DNA of 63,303 nt, filler included, from Chiloscyllium plagiosum (Eukaryota): assembly GCF_004010195.1 (NCBI RefSeq). It is 6 parts of 2 records of this genome, joined end to end, with 100 filler letters (N's around TTAATTAATTAA, not from the genome) between each part and the next. Parts side by side here need not be neighbours in the genome. Positions count along the whole stretch, not along the records: positions 1 to 15,925 come from NC_057713.1; 5 more parts are not named here. One strand, written 5' to 3'. Every line of letters starts with the position of its first letter. The first letter of the stretch is position 1. The notes beneath the pieces were generated by a model that did not search any database, was not told where the DNA came from, and saw nothing but the letters and a program-made list of their open reading frames with translations. The translations under genes were made by a program, and so were the position numbers. Below, one piece after another: positions 1-12,779 of this stretch.

Positions 1-209
1 GGTAGGTTCTTTATTCAGCGAGTCGTGAGTTCATGGAATTCCCTGCCAGTAGCAGTGGTGGACTCTTCCTCATTATGGGCATTTAAGCGGGCATTGGATA
101 GGCATATGGAGGATAGTGGGCTAGTGTAGGTTAGGTGGGCTTGGATCGGCGCAACATCGAGGGCCGAAGGGCCTGTACTGCGCTGTATTCTTCTATGTTC
201 TATGTTCTA
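1..209 (+). mobile_element. CR1 (HER1-like) LINE 3' end
   Basis: ORF2 C-terminus GRFFIQRVVSSWNSLP, 3' UTR GGGCCGAAGGGCCTGT and (TTCTATG)n tail. Confidence 0.85.
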
Positions 210-472
210 AGTCCACACCGCCCCGCCGAAGCGCAACCCACCCATACCCCTGCATTTACCCCTTACCTAACACTATGGGCAATTTAGCATGGCCAATTTA
301 CCTGACCTGCACATTTTTGGACTGTGGGAGGAAACCGGAGCACCCGGAGGAAACCCACGCAGACACGGGGAGAACGTGCAAACTCCACACAGTCAGTCAC
401 CTGAGGCGAGAACTGAATCCGGGTCTCTGGCGCTGTGAGGCAGCAGTGCTAACCACTGTGCCACCGTGCCAC
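210..472 (-). mobile_element. HE1-type tRNA-derived V-SINE
   Basis: Reverse complement begins GGCACGGTGGCACAGTGGTTAGCACTGCTGCCTCACAGCGCCAG (A/B boxes), followed by the V-domain TGTGTGGAGTTTGCACGTTCTCCCCGTG. Confidence 0.92.
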
Positions 473-475
473 CCA

Positions 476-1000
476 AATGGTATCAATGGTAACCTCTCAT
501 GATGTTAACAGTGGTGGATTCAGTGAGGTTAATACCACTGAATGTCAAGGGGTGTAATTAAATTGTATCCTATTGGAGATGGCTATTGCCTGGCACGTGT
601 TTGGCATGAATGTTACTTGCCACTTGTTAGCCTAAAACTGGATCTTACTGTATTTAAGTATGGACTGCTTGAGTATCTGAGGTACTGCAAATTATACTGA
701 ACACTGAGCAATCATTAACAAACATCCCTGCTTCTGACCTTACTGTGGAAGGAAGGTCACTGATGAAACAGCTGAAGATAGTTGGTTATAGGACACTACC
801 CTCAGGAACTCCTGAGAGATATCCTGGAGCTGAGATGACAGACCTCCAAAAATCACAACCATCTTCCGATGGGCCAAGTTTGACTCCAACCAACAGAGAG
901 TTTTCTTCGATTTTCATTGATTCTAGTTTTGCTAGGGTTCCTTGGTGTCACACTGAGTTGAATATGGCCTTAATGTGAAGGGTTGTCACTAACACCTCAC
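476..1000 (-). mobile_element. Decayed CR1/L2-group LINE RT fragment
   Basis: Same family as 16340-17410 and 47720-50450 (GVPxGSVL motif region). Confidence 0.65.
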
Positions 1001-1527
1001 CACAACATAACCACAATATTGCTGTGAGGCACCAAGATGACCTGGAAATACATCCACCTATGAGTTTCTGGGAGCTGTAATGAGTGCACTCTTGTAGTGA
1101 CATGACAGAGACCAGGAGTCGAACAGGATTCAAACCCAATGTGTCATCAAACCTTAGGGCTAGTTTTAAGAAAATGCTCAAGACAAGTTCAAAAAGAAAA
1201 TTGGAAAAAAAATCCCATAAGTTTTCCAGATTTACATCCTGCCATTGTTCTTCATTAAATATTTACAATTGCTATGGAAGAAAAAGCAAAAACAATTCTT
1301 ACAAAATATACTTAGTTACCTAAAATGGTAAATGTGGGCATTTTATAGAATAGATAATTGGTTCTTGCTGTTATCTAGGATCCTTTTGTATAATCACAGA
1401 ATTATTATGTTGCAGAAGGTGGCTTTTCAGCCCACCTTGTCTACAACAGCTCTCTGAACATTTTAACTTAGTGCCATTTCCCAATAACCCTACACATTGT
1501 TTCTGTTTAAATAATCATCCAGTGATA

Positions 1528-2168
1528 GGTCGGTGGGGGGGGAAGGGTGGAGTGGATAGGTGGAAAAGAAGATAGGCAGGTAGGACAAGTCATGGGGACA
1601 GTGCTGAGCTGGAAGTTTGGAACTGGGGTGAGGTGGGGGAAGGGGAAATGAGGAAACTGGTGAAGTCCACATTGATGCCCTGGGGTTGAAGTATTCCGAG
1701 GCAGAAGATGAGGCATTCTTCCTCCAGGCGTCGGGTGGTGAGGGAGCGGCAGTGAAGGAGGCCCAGGACCTCCATGTCCTCGGCAGAGTGGGAGGGGGAG
1801 TTGAAATGTTGGGCCACAGGGCGGTGTGGTTGATTGGTGCGGGTGTCCCGAAGATGTTCCCTAAAGCGCTCTGCTAGGAGGCGTCCAGTCTCCCCAATGT
1901 AGAGGAGACCGCATCGGGAGCAATGGATACAATAAATGATATTGGTGGATGTGCAGGTAAAACTTTGATGGATGTGGAAGGCTCCTTTAGGGCCTTGGAT
2001 GTATTCTATGCTACTTTCTCCCCACCCCACCCTCCTCTTACTTATCTCTCCACCCTTCAGGCTCTCTGCCTGTATTCCTGATGAAGGGCTTTTGCCCGAA
2101 ACGTCGATTTTACTTGTACTCGGATGCTGCCTGAACTGCTGTGCTCTTCCAGCACCACGAATCCAGAA
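1528..2168. mobile_element. Penelope-like element fragment: GIY-YIG on the minus strand (1528-2000) joined to an inverted + strand terminus with an HHR
   Basis: ORF 1590..2030 reads IYCIHCSRCGLLYIGETGRLLAERFREH...VAQHFN. The + strand has CTGATGA-A-GGGC-TTTT-GCCC-GAAACGTC at 2078-2105. Confidence 0.9.
2078..2105 (+). ncRNA. Minimal type I hammerhead ribozyme motif (PLE-associated)
   Basis: Core CUGAUGA, 4-bp stem II, GAAAC and a GUC cleavage triplet. Confidence 0.75.
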
Positions 2169-2169
2169 A

Positions 2170-3440
2170 CTGTTTCTCCCAATCTATCTCTCCAGACCGC
2201 TCAAGACTTTGAGAACTTCTATCAAATTTCCTCTTCAGCTTTCTACTCTAAACAAAACGGTCCCAACTTCTAGAATCTTTCGCAGAACGGAAGTCTCTTA
2301 TCTCTGAAACTATTCTCATTAAGCTCTTCTGCATTCCATCCAAATGCATTCACACCCTTCCTAAAGGGTGGTGCTGAGAATTGTACACAATACTCCAGCT
2401 GAGATCTAACCACTGTCATGTACAAATTCATCGTAATGTTCCTCCTCTTGTATTCTATAACCCTATCAATGGGGCTCAGAACACTATGTTTTATTTACAG
2501 CTTTCTCTCTCTGTCCTGACATCTTCAATGATTCATGTGCACATCAGGTCACTCTGCTCCTGCAAACCCTTTGGGCATGGCAGCTCAGTAGTTAGCACTA
2601 CTGCCTCACAACGCCAGGGACCTGGGTTCAATTCCTGCCTTAGGCGACTGCCTGTGCGGAGTTTGCACATTCTCCCCGTGTCTGCATGGGTTTCCTCTGG
2701 CTGCTCCGGTTTCCTCCCACAATCTAAAGATGTGCAGGTCAGGTGAACTGGCCATGCTAAATTGCCCATAGTGTTAGCTACATTAGTCAGGGCTAAATAT
2801 AGAGTAGGGGAATGGGTCTGGGTGGGTTATTCTTCAGAGGGTCACTGTGGACTTGTTGTGCTGAAGGGCCTGTTTCCATACTGCAGGGAATCTAATCTAA
2901 AACGTTTTATTTTATACTGTCTCCCCATGTTCTTTGTACCAAAGTTCATCACCTCACATTTCTGTATACTGAACTTCATCTGCTACCTATTCTCCTACTC
3001 CACCAATGTGTCAATGTACTTTTGAAGTGCTGTACTGTCCACCTAACAGTTTACAATTCTCTCATTTTTGAGTCATCTGCAAACTTTTAAATTACTCCCA
3101 AAAAACAGCAAAATGTCAATCATTTCTAAAATCAGGAAAAGCAAGGCCTCCAGGAACAACCCCTGAGGAATTCCACTACAGATTTTCTTCCAGACTGAAA
3201 AATACTTATCAAAAATTACTCTTATCCCTGGGTCAACTTTGTATCTATGTTACTAGTGTCCCTTTTCTTCCATGGCCTACAACATTCCTCATAAGTTTGT
3301 TGTTTGGCATTGTATTAACTGCCATTTGGAAGTCCATGTATGCCACATTAATAGCATTCCCCTCATCAACCCTTTATGTTACCTCTTCAAAAATCTCCAG
3401 CAAGTTAGTTAGACAAAATTTTCCCTTAACAAAAACATGC
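2170..3440 (-). mobile_element. Decayed CR1 ORF2 fragment (interrupted by a SINE)
   Basis: Reverse complement shows remnants of KFADD, YCVQF and RT-like motifs. Confidence 0.6.
2572..2900 (+). mobile_element. HE1-type V-SINE
   Basis: tRNA head, V-domain and (AATCT)n tail. Confidence 0.88.
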
Positions 3441-3454
3441 TGACTCGACGTAAC

Positions 3455-3872
3455 CCAGAAATTGCCAGAGAAACTCAACAGATCTATCAGCATCTATGGC
3501 AAGAAAGTAGAGTTAGTATTTCAAATCCAGTGACTCTTTTTCAGAACTGGAGTTCTTCAGGCTGTCTGAAGGAGAGTCACAGGATTCGAACATTAACTCT
3601 GTTTGCTCTCCGCTGATGTTGCCAAGGCGGACATGGATACTGCAGATACTGGTGATTAGGGTCAAGATTAGAGTGGCGCTGGAAAAGCACAGCAGGTCAG
3701 GCAGCATCCGGGGAGCAGAAAAATCAACATTTCAGGCAAAAGCCCTTCATCAGAAACCTGCTCCTTGGATGTAGCCTGACCTGCTGTACTTTTCCAGCAT
3801 CACTGATGTTGCCAAACCGGCTGAATTTGTCCAGACATTTCTGCTTTTATTTCAGATTTCCAGCATTCGCAT
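3455..3872. mobile_element. Old palindromic PLE-terminus element containing a younger palindromic PLE-terminus insert (3626-3802)
   Basis: 13-bp TSD CTGATGTTGCCAA at 3613-3625 and 3803-3815. Inverted arms and degenerate HHR motifs at ~3567-3600 (+) and ~3725-3753 (-). Confidence 0.7.
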
Positions 3873-4104
3873 TTCTTTTTGGATCCAATTTACTACATAA
3901 CCAGGACTTTGTTTAATTGCCAACGTCACTCTGAGGTTAAGATAGAAGATCAGTAGAACCCCCTCAGAATTTCAAGGTTCACAAATTTAGTACCAATATC
4001 TTCTTTACAGCAACTCTAAATCTTGAGTCCTAAAATCCTACATTCTGAAAAATAATTTTCTGCCATGGAATAATTTAGTGTCTATTCCATAAGCTCCATA
4101 AGGG

Positions 4105-4432
4105 GGGGCATGGTGGCTCAATGGTTAGCACTGCTGCCTCACAGTGTCAGGGATCCGGTTTGATTCCAGCCTCGGGCGACTGTGTGGAGTTTGCACATTT
4201 TCCCCATGTCTGCGTGGGTTTCCTCCCACAATCCACAAGATGTACAGGTTAGGTGAACTGGCCATGCTAAATTGCCCTTAGTGTTCAGGGATATGTAGGT
4301 TGGGTGCATTAGTCTGGGGTGAAAGTGCAGTATAGGGGAGGGGAATGAGTCTAGGTGGGCTACTCTTCAGAGGGTTGATGTGGACTTGTTGGGCCGAAGG
4401 GCCTGTTTCCACACAGTAAGGATTCTATGATT
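4105..4432 (+). mobile_element. HE1-type V-SINE
   Basis: GGCATGGTGGCTCAATGGTTAGCACTGCTGCCTCACAG head, V-domain and GATTCTAT tail. Confidence 0.88.
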
Positions 4433-6344
4433 CTCAATCTTGGCTGGCAAGTCTATAATATTCACCTCATCAAATGTTTTTTAGATATTTATGTAACCCA
4501 TATCAACCACACTATCTTCATCAACTCTGTTAAATCAACAATAACATAAGATTAGCTAAACACGACAAGCCCGTGACACAAAAATCGTGGTTTGCCTTAA
4601 TTGATTTGATCAATTTAGTCTAATTTTGGTTAATTCAGTCGCAATAACATGAGGTGTAGATGAAGCTGCAAATTGCGCATTGTACCTTCAAAACCAATTT
4701 AAAACCAGTGCTTTCTATAAGCTCACATAACTAAGGACCGTTAAAGGGCCTTCAAAAGAAAGATTTTCATTCAAACTGCCTGGATTGGGTTCAAAATCGG
4801 CTTCATATGTGCCAGAGGATTGCTTCAACTTATTGGTACCAATTCCCGCAATATTTCAGTTGTAATTTAAGAAACTTTAAACTAAATATTTATACACAGA
4901 CAGGGAACAGCTGCAAACAGGAAAAAAATGTAAAGGAAAAACATACTTTTTTGGTCAAATCTGAACTGGGAATAATTGTCATAAACATTTGCCAGAAAAA
5001 AATCATTGGTAAACAGGCCTTACTGATGGAAAAAGCAACATAAAGAAAAAGAAGAAATAATAAGAGTTTAATATCTGAGGACACAGAAACTACATAGTTC
5101 CAACATGGTTACTTATGACTTTCTTTTCCCACATTTGTTTTTGGTTAACTCTCACTCTCCTTTGAACTAATGTATTCTCATCAAATAACTGAGCTCATCA
5201 AGTATTTATGAGCTATCAGTGCATCAATATCCATCTTTGGTTAAATTACCATTGGGTAGGTTTATGTTCTGTGCCCTCTAGAAGGTCTAGAAAAAAGAAA
5301 TCCAAAGACAATCCCTGAAAACCTCCTTTGTAGCTGTACTACCAGTTTGGTCCTTGTATAGTATAAGAAACACTTGTCTGAGGTAGTTTTCATACCTATG
5401 CCATTTCAGAGCAAGCAAAAGGAGGGGGCAGTAGTCAAAGTTCATAATCTGAGCTAAAGAGCCCAGCTTTTATTCAATACGGAAATGCAATTAGTTAATG
5501 CAGCATTAGGACCACCTGGCATAAGCTTATACAAGGTCTTCCGACATGCACATGTGCACAATAAAATAAACTTCAGCTGTGGCTGAAAGCTCACAATGTA
5601 AACAAGGGATTGCCATTCAATCTTAGCTTGCTGATCCTGGATGACAGCCATAAAACTCAGCAAAAGCAAGCCTCTGATTGTTTATTACATTGGATGAAAA
5701 TATGCATCATTGTGTCTTGAGTTTACTTTTCCAGGTTTTCTTTAAAAATGTTGCTGTTAAACTATTATATTGCCACTAACATTTGCCAACAGTTGAGTGA
5801 ATGTAAGGTTTAAATTACAAATAATTTATTTCCAACTGACCCTGACATTCCACTTTGTACATCTCAGAAGAGCAAAAGGTGCAAAAGCACTTGTTTAGGC
5901 TTGATGCTAAATTGTCCAATATGTTGCCAATTTTCCAAACAAACAAATCAGACAGCACAAGCCAAACACCAATGTATCAAGAACAATTCACATATTTTAC
6001 CCTGGCTTGGAATTATCCAAATGTTACATCAGTTTAAATAAGCTTGATATTAAGCTTAATGATCTAATGCATCCTTTTATTTCAAAGGCATGATATTGAG
6101 TTTTCATTGTTGAGTGTTCAGTTGTTTACATACACAGACTGAGGATGCATAATGCAAGTTAGGAAAATCTTGAGGCAATTAATCAATGGCACATCGTAAA
6201 GTAAAGGATGTGATCACTTTCTCATTTCTGCTCATGATATTTGTGTTTTAATTCTTTCTGGGTACTTAACCTTCTGACTCTGTAGCATACATCTTTTATA
6301 TCTCTATCCTCTTCTGATTCTCAGGAATTTACTTTTCTGCAATT

Positions 6345-6740
6345 TTGGAGAAGATTTGTAGCTCAGGTTGTGGATCAGGGTTGTAAGTTTGCTCGCTGAG
6401 CTGATAGATTTATTCTTAGCTGTTTCGTCACCATGCTAGGTAACAACATCAGTGAGCCTCCGATGAAGCCATGGTGTCCTGTCCCACTTTCTATTTATCT
6501 GTCTTGATCTGTTTTGGTGGGTGACATCACTTCCGGTTCTTTTTCTGAGAAGCCATTTACCTATCTCTCAGAAAAAGAACTGGATGTCATACCATCCACC
6601 ACAACAGACTAAGGCAGATAAATAGAAAGCTGGACAGAACACCAGCACTTCATCAGAGGCTCACTGATGATGTTACCTAGCATGGTGATGAAACATCTGA
6701 GAACAAATCTACCAGCTCAGTCAGCAAACTTACAACCTGA
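6345..6740. mobile_element. Palindromic PLE-terminus element (second family) with an HHR motif in each arm
   Basis: Inverted arms of ~175 bp (6377-6551 and 6566-6740). CTGATGA-TGTTACC-TAGCAT-GGTGAT-GAAACATC at 6664-6697 and its inverted counterpart at ~6421-6453. Confidence 0.78.
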
Positions 6741-6939
6741 TTTTACTTTCCTCTTGGGTTGCTACATGGGATGATGTGGTGTGAAAGATAAATGGTGGGA
6801 GATCTGTAAATAAGTGTAGCTAGCAAACTACAAGCTGTTTTTAAGACATAAAATGTGAGAGAAGTGTGATCCCAAAGTATCTATCATTTAATTGTCCCAT
6901 TCCCACCCCATCCCTCAACTGCACTGTAGAAGTTGAAGA

Positions 6940-7195
6940 GGTGGTGGCATAATATGAATTTTACTGAATTAGTAGTCCAGCAATGCAGCCTAACATACTA
7001 GGAACATGGATTTGAATGCCAACCTGGGAGATGGTGAAATTTGAATTCAATAAATATATGGAATTTTTAAAAATGCTAACCTAATGGTGACCATGTAACC
7101 ATTGTCGATTATCGCAAAACCTCATCTGGCTCATTACAGCTCTTTACAACCTTTGCTTGGCCTGACCTACAAGTGATTCCAGACCCACTGCAGCG
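6940..7195 (+). mobile_element. Decayed tRNA-derived SINE (second family; a similar head at ~40524-40610)
   Basis: GGTGGCATAAT...TAGTAGTCCAG...TTTGAATGCCA, degenerate A/B boxes. Confidence 0.5.
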
Positions 7196-8231
7196 GCAAC
7201 ATATAACAATCATTCAAAATATACCTTTAGAATCCTGAATCTGTTCCATTGCTCATGGAGGCAATCAGAATCTACCCATGCAGGTTTCAACCACACTACT
7301 GACAAAAGTAAACAGGGTTCTACGTAAATCATAGGTCCCTAATTTCCATTATATAAGGAGGCCACTGCTTGGCACTGGTGGACAATTCAAAATACAAATT
7401 ACTCACCTCATCTTAAGGGACAGTACCATTAACATCAGGGATGGGTGGTTAATTTAATTCTTTAACTTTTATATTAGCTCCAGTATCCTGTTAACAGCAT
7501 AGCTTTTTTCACCTTGCAGACTAATTAGTCATACATTTCTTTTTATTGGTTTTATGGGTTAGGAAGAACAACATTCTGTTATATCTTGTCTTTAATGTAA
7601 CAAAATATCATAAGGCGCTTCACAGGAACATTATGGAACAAATACCAACAAATACACATAAGATGATCTGGGGTTAGACAATCAAAAGCTTGATCAAAAA
7701 GTTAAGTTTTAGGGAGTTGTCGCGGGTTAACCTGTTTATATAATTTTATTCATTTAAATATAAAGTTTTAACTTTGAGCATCAGTTATTCTTTATTTAGT
7801 ATTCTTTACTTACGTTTCTGCTGAGACTGTCAACAGTAAAGGAATTTGTTATTTCAAGATAGTCTAAATCTTTCTACTTTTGCAACAAATAAGTTTGCTG
7901 GATCTAAACTACATTCTTCACCTAAAAAAAAAACCTGTAAACATGAGAACATAAGAAATAAAAACAGCTGTAAGCCATTTGGCCCCTCAAGTCATTCAAC
8001 TGGATCATGGTGGATCTGACTGTGATCGTGAACTCAACTCCTTTCGTGCCGAAACCCACAACCCTTGGCTCTCTTGTGGATCAAAAATCTGAACATTTTC
8101 ATGCCTGAGATAGGCAATATGTAGTGAATTCCAATAATTAATAACCCTCTGAAACAAGAAATTCTTCTTCATTTCCATCTTAAATTGCAGAAGCTTTATT
8201 TTGAACTGTAGCCCCTTGTCAAGGACTTTCC

Positions 8232-11200
8232 ACATATAAATAAAGGGTGACTTGGTGTCGGGATACCATCCTCTGTGGAATTACTTCTGGTGATGAGACA
8301 AAAGCACGTTACTGAAGTAGTTCGCTCAAAAATATCATCTTTGAGTTGGAGTAAGCATTTCTGCCATCATGCCTTTATTTGGAAAGCTTAACTCATTTGA
8401 TCCCGCTGTCGAAGATTGGGCCCAGTATGTGGAAAGAATGCATTATTTTTCTGGGCAAATGAAAAGGAATGAGTAATTCTCCTGACAGCTTGTGGACCAG
8501 CAGCATTTACGGTTATTAGGAGCCTAACTCTCCTTAAGGCACCAGATACTAAAACCATTCAAGAGTTAAGGAATATTACACGCCCAAGCCTACTCTGAGG
8601 TGCTATCACTTTTGCTCAGTAATTCAAGAACGAGGAGAATCTGTAAGTTAAGATGACTGGTAGAGGTATGTGACTTTGGTTTAACCCTTAATGAGATGCT
8701 GAGAGACTGTTTGATATGTGGGATTAACCATGTAACCATGCAAAACCACCTACTAGGCAGAGCCCAACTCAACTTCAAATAGGGACTACCACTGGCTTTA
8801 TCATTGGGAAATGTTGCAAGTGAAGCATATGCGTTGCAAGGTATTTTGCTGGAAGGGGACACCCTCACCAGTCCGACTGAGCCTGGGGACCACTTGAGTG
8901 AGGCAGATAGTAAATTCATGAGCTTACCATGATGAGAATAATGAGTGGTCACTGACCTTATTCTCGGGTATATTCATGTACAGACTCTTTTTCATGCTTG
9001 AAGAAAGGGATCATATTCAATGCCACTGAGTCATTTCTAGGTGTTTCTGTGCGTTCATGTTACTCTAACACTTAATCAGTTCAGGAGTTACAAACCCTGG
9101 TGGGGATGAACCCTGAGTTTCATTCCTGTTAAACCAAAGAGATGCCTCCATTGTTGAATTCCACAGACACAACTACTGTACACCGCCATACTCAGGACAT
9201 ATCCTGAACGGAGGGACTCCAAGTCAGGCCACAGCAAAATCCCAAAACAAAGTCAAGCCTCGGCCAAAAAGTTAAAACTTTCTTCGGGTCCAATCTGGTA
9301 ATCCATTGTAGTTGCTGCCAGCATGTGGACTCGAGACAGCAAAAGAGTCCTACTAGACCTAAACTGAGCAAGACAACTCATAGGTCAAGAGAGTGCACAC
9401 CCTGGAAAGCCCAACTCCATCTGGTCTGAAACAATTAAATTGATTAGTAACGTCCAAATCAGAACCAAGCTAAATAAACATCTGGTTAAATGGACACCCG
9501 GTTCTAATAGAGGTTGATATGGTTGTATCAGTGATTGCAAAAACATTCATTAAAAAAAATTTGCTCTGGACTCACTAAACTGAGAACCTTTGCAGATTAA
9601 GGGTACAACCTTGGTTCCAGTCTCTTCCAGCAGCTGGTTCAGTTACCACTAATGTTAGCAAAAGGCTTGCACCCAAGCTTAATGAGGTGAAATTGGTAGA
9701 ATAAGATTAACTTAGATTAGCTCAACATTTTCGATTAGAAAATGGCTGCCTGGGTGAAGTCCTAATTAAACATTCGGAAGTTTTCCAGGAAGGTCTAGGG
9801 ACTATTGAAGGAGCCAAGACTATCTTACATGCTGACCAGGAAGCAATTCCATGATTTTGTAAGGCCTGCCTGGTGACATTTGTCTTACGGGTAAAAGTGG
9901 TGGCAGAAATCAGGAGGCTACAAAGTGAAGGAATCATCAAACCAGTCCAGTTTACGAGTGGGCAGCTCCAGTCATACCGATTATGAATCCTGACAGGTTG
10001 GTTTGCCTTTGTGGGGCTTTTAAACAAACGGTAAACTGCTTTTCACCGCTGTACAAATACCCAATCCCTCTCATTGAGGATTGATATGCAAAGCAGACAG
10101 GAGGGCTGTCCTACACAAAGCTGGACATAAGCCATGCTTACTGGCAATTGCAGTTGGATGAGGATTCCCAGAAATATGCTACAATTAATACCCAAAAGGG
10201 TTTGCAGCAGTATATGAGACTAGCTGTGGTATTGCCAGCCATGTGCAATTTTTCAGCAGACGATGGAGCACATTTTACATGGTAGTTACTCTATCAGTGG
10301 TACCGCTATTGGAAGAAACCATAATGGTTTTAAATTTTCTGGACATACTTCCGGTCACAGCTGACAATATCTGATTTTGTACACAGAAAGATCTGCTCCT
10401 GACAAAACTGAAATAGCTGGTGGTTATGGGGGAAAACAAAAGGATTGTCACAAGCAGAACTGAAAGCTTTTTAGACCTAGAGAGACTAGATCACACTATA
10501 GAATGGCATATTAAGATAGGGAGTAAGAGCGATTGACCCGAGCAAGTTGCTGGCTAAACACTACCAGGGTCATCCAGGGGTTTCTGAATTGAAGATATTG
10601 GTGAAAAGTTACGCCTGGTGGCTGAGGTTGGATGCCGACATAGCCGTATAGGTGGGGCAGTGCACAGAGTGCCAACAAGGACAAAAATTACCACCAGCAG
10701 CTCCCCCACATTCGTAGGAATGGCTGCGTAAACTATGCATTGACTATGCAGGTCCTTTCATGGGTTCAACGTTCTTAGTCACTGTGGACGCCCATTGAAA
10801 GTGGCTGGACATGAAAAGAGTTCATTCTTCAGGGTCAACAATAGAAATACTACACATATCTTCTGCAATACATGGACCCCTGGAAGTGTTGATTACAGAT
10901 AACGGGCCATCGTTTACGAACAGAGAATTTGAGTATTTCCTAAAATCAAACGGGGAAGTGATTCACCACCAGATTAAATCTGATCTTCCCAGATCTGCTG
11001 GGCAGGGTGAAATGATATCAGAAACGCCAATGCTAGATGCAAGACTCTGCTAAATGAGAGAGACAGTTTACTTCAGGGAACAAAGTTTTGTGCAAGAACC
11101 ACGGGGAATGGCCCTGCATGGGTGAGAGGCATAGTTGACCCAAGTTCAGGTTCAGTGATATATAAAAAGTTTGGGAAAGTGCAACAGTTCTGAACAAGCA

Positions 11201-11605
11201 TGTGGGCTATGTGAAAGCTACAAACTTGCAAATGGCGTATGCGCAAAATGTGCACCAATTCCTCAACAGCCCTTCCGATTATTCTGAAACCTGTAGGTTC
11301 TCCCTCTAGTGCTGAACATATCTTGGAACCTGAGATGGACAAGGCAAATGTCGCTACCTCAATGCCTTTGCTGCCTGAAGAAGAGGATGAATTTCTTCTG
11401 AGATGCTCCAGATGCAAATGATGAGCAACTGTGCATTACATATTGCCCATACCAGAGGCAGAATTGGAGAAACCTGACCCAATACTAAAACACTCCAGGA
11501 GGAGCTACGAAAAAAAAGAAGAGGCCTATGTCCTCAGACTCAGAAGGGGAGGGATATAGTGATTGTCACAAGGTCACCCTGATTGGGACTGTTGATCTGA
11601 CAGTT
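8232..11605 (+). mobile_element. Decayed Gypsy/Ty3 LTR retrotransposon (gag-pol pseudogene, partial LTRs)
   Basis: PBS-like TGGTGATGAG at ~8288. gag start MPLFGKLNSFDPAVEDWAQYVER at 8369. RT remnants near 9950-10280. Integrase IDYAGPF and ITDNGPSFT (10740-10920). Polypurine tract AGAAGGGGAGGGA at ~11541. Confidence 0.85.
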
Positions 11606-11607
11606 AA

Positions 11608-12000
11608 GAACAGGAATGTAGGGCCCGGATGTCCTTGGAGAAGGAGCACGCGGTCTCCACCAACACCCTGGAGTTGTTCAGGGAGAGGTGGGCGCCACAG
11701 GAAGTGGAGTGCATTATTTCCCCCTCCAACTCTATTTTGATTTAGCCCCTACCCTCCCCTTCACTGTTTTGATCACACAGCATTGCCCTTTGACGTGAAG
11801 GGCACTGCTTCTCACTGGCCACTCGGGTGTTTTCCTATCTTCCTGGTGGAGGAAATTGAATAAAGATTCGTGCACCTTGTGTCTCTCACTGTATCTCACA
11901 CCTGCACATACACACCATGGGTGCTGGGGAAAAAAATAATAAGCACTACCACAGTTAGGCAGTAGTGTGGGGGTTAAGAAAAAAAAGATTAGTGTGGAGA
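11608..12000 (+). mobile_element. Tx1-clade LINE 3' end, copy 1
   Basis: Reads RARMSLEKEHAVSTNTLELFRERWAPQEVECIISPSNSILI*, then a UTR with AATAAA and A-rich tails. Confidence 0.7.
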
Positions 12001-12039
12001 AAAAAATTAACAGGGGCAAAGGGCACTGCTTGTCACTGG

Positions 12040-12162
12040 ATTAGTGGTGCTGGAAGAGCACAGCAGTTCAGGCAGCATCCAAGGAGCTTCGAAATCTGTG
12101 CTCTTCCAGCACCACTAATCCAGAATCTGGTTTCCAGCATCTGCAGTCATTATTTTTACCTT
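12040..12162. mobile_element. Short palindromic PLE-terminus insertion
   Basis: 15-bp TSD ACTGCTTGTCACTGG at 12025-12039 and 12163-12177. Inverted arms ATTAGTGGTGCTGGAAGAGCACAG / CTGTGCTCTTCCAGCACCACTAAT. Confidence 0.85.
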
Positions 12163-12356
12163 ACTGCTTGTCACTGGCCACTTGGGTGAACAAGGAAAAA
12201 AAAGAAGAAAAAATAAACAGGATATTCTCAGACTCTGCTAATTGCTTTTGTGGTGTTCATTAAGTTCTACAGTTCATTTCGTGCGATGTACATTTGAGGT
12301 CAATCAACTGAGCACAAATTGATGATTCAATGCCACACTATATTTTAAATTTAAAA

Positions 12357-12770
12357 AACAGGAATGTAGGGCCCTGGCGTCCTTGGAGAAGGAGGACGCG
12401 GTCTCCACCAACACCCTGGAGTTGTTCAGGGAGAGGTGGGCGCCGCAAGGAGTGGAGTGTATTATTTCCCCCTCCAACTCTATTTTGATTTAATCCCTGC
12501 CCTCCCCTTCACTGTTTGATCACACAACATTGCCCTCTGTGAAGGGCACTGCTTGTCACTGGCCACTCGGGTGTTTTCCTATCTTCCTGGTGGTGGAAAT
12601 TGAATAAAGATTCGTGCACTTTGTGTCTCTCACACCTGCACACACACACCATGGGTGCTGGGAAAAAAAATAAGCACTCCCACAGTTAGGCGGTAGTGTG
12701 GGGGTTAAAAACGGGTAAGAAATAAAAACAGGAGATGAAGGGCACTGCTTGTCAAAAAAAATAAAATAAA
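12357..12770 (+). mobile_element. Tx1-clade LINE 3' end, copy 2
   Basis: Near-identical to 11608-12000 and starts at the same AACAGGAATGTAGGGCCC junction. Confidence 0.7.
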
Positions 12771-12779
12771 CAAGGGTCT

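Noticed and set aside
210..472. tRNA-like A/B boxes
   Set aside because: SINE heads; no complete cloverleaf.
275..502. Recurring ORF MGNLAWP..CGRKPEHPEETHADTGR (also 2533, 32348, 36141)
   Set aside because: Antisense translation of the HE1 SINE, not a gene family.
11780..11840. Tx1 motif as an HDV-like ribozyme or snRNA fragment
   Set aside because: I could not build the nested double pseudoknot or match a known snRNA by eye.
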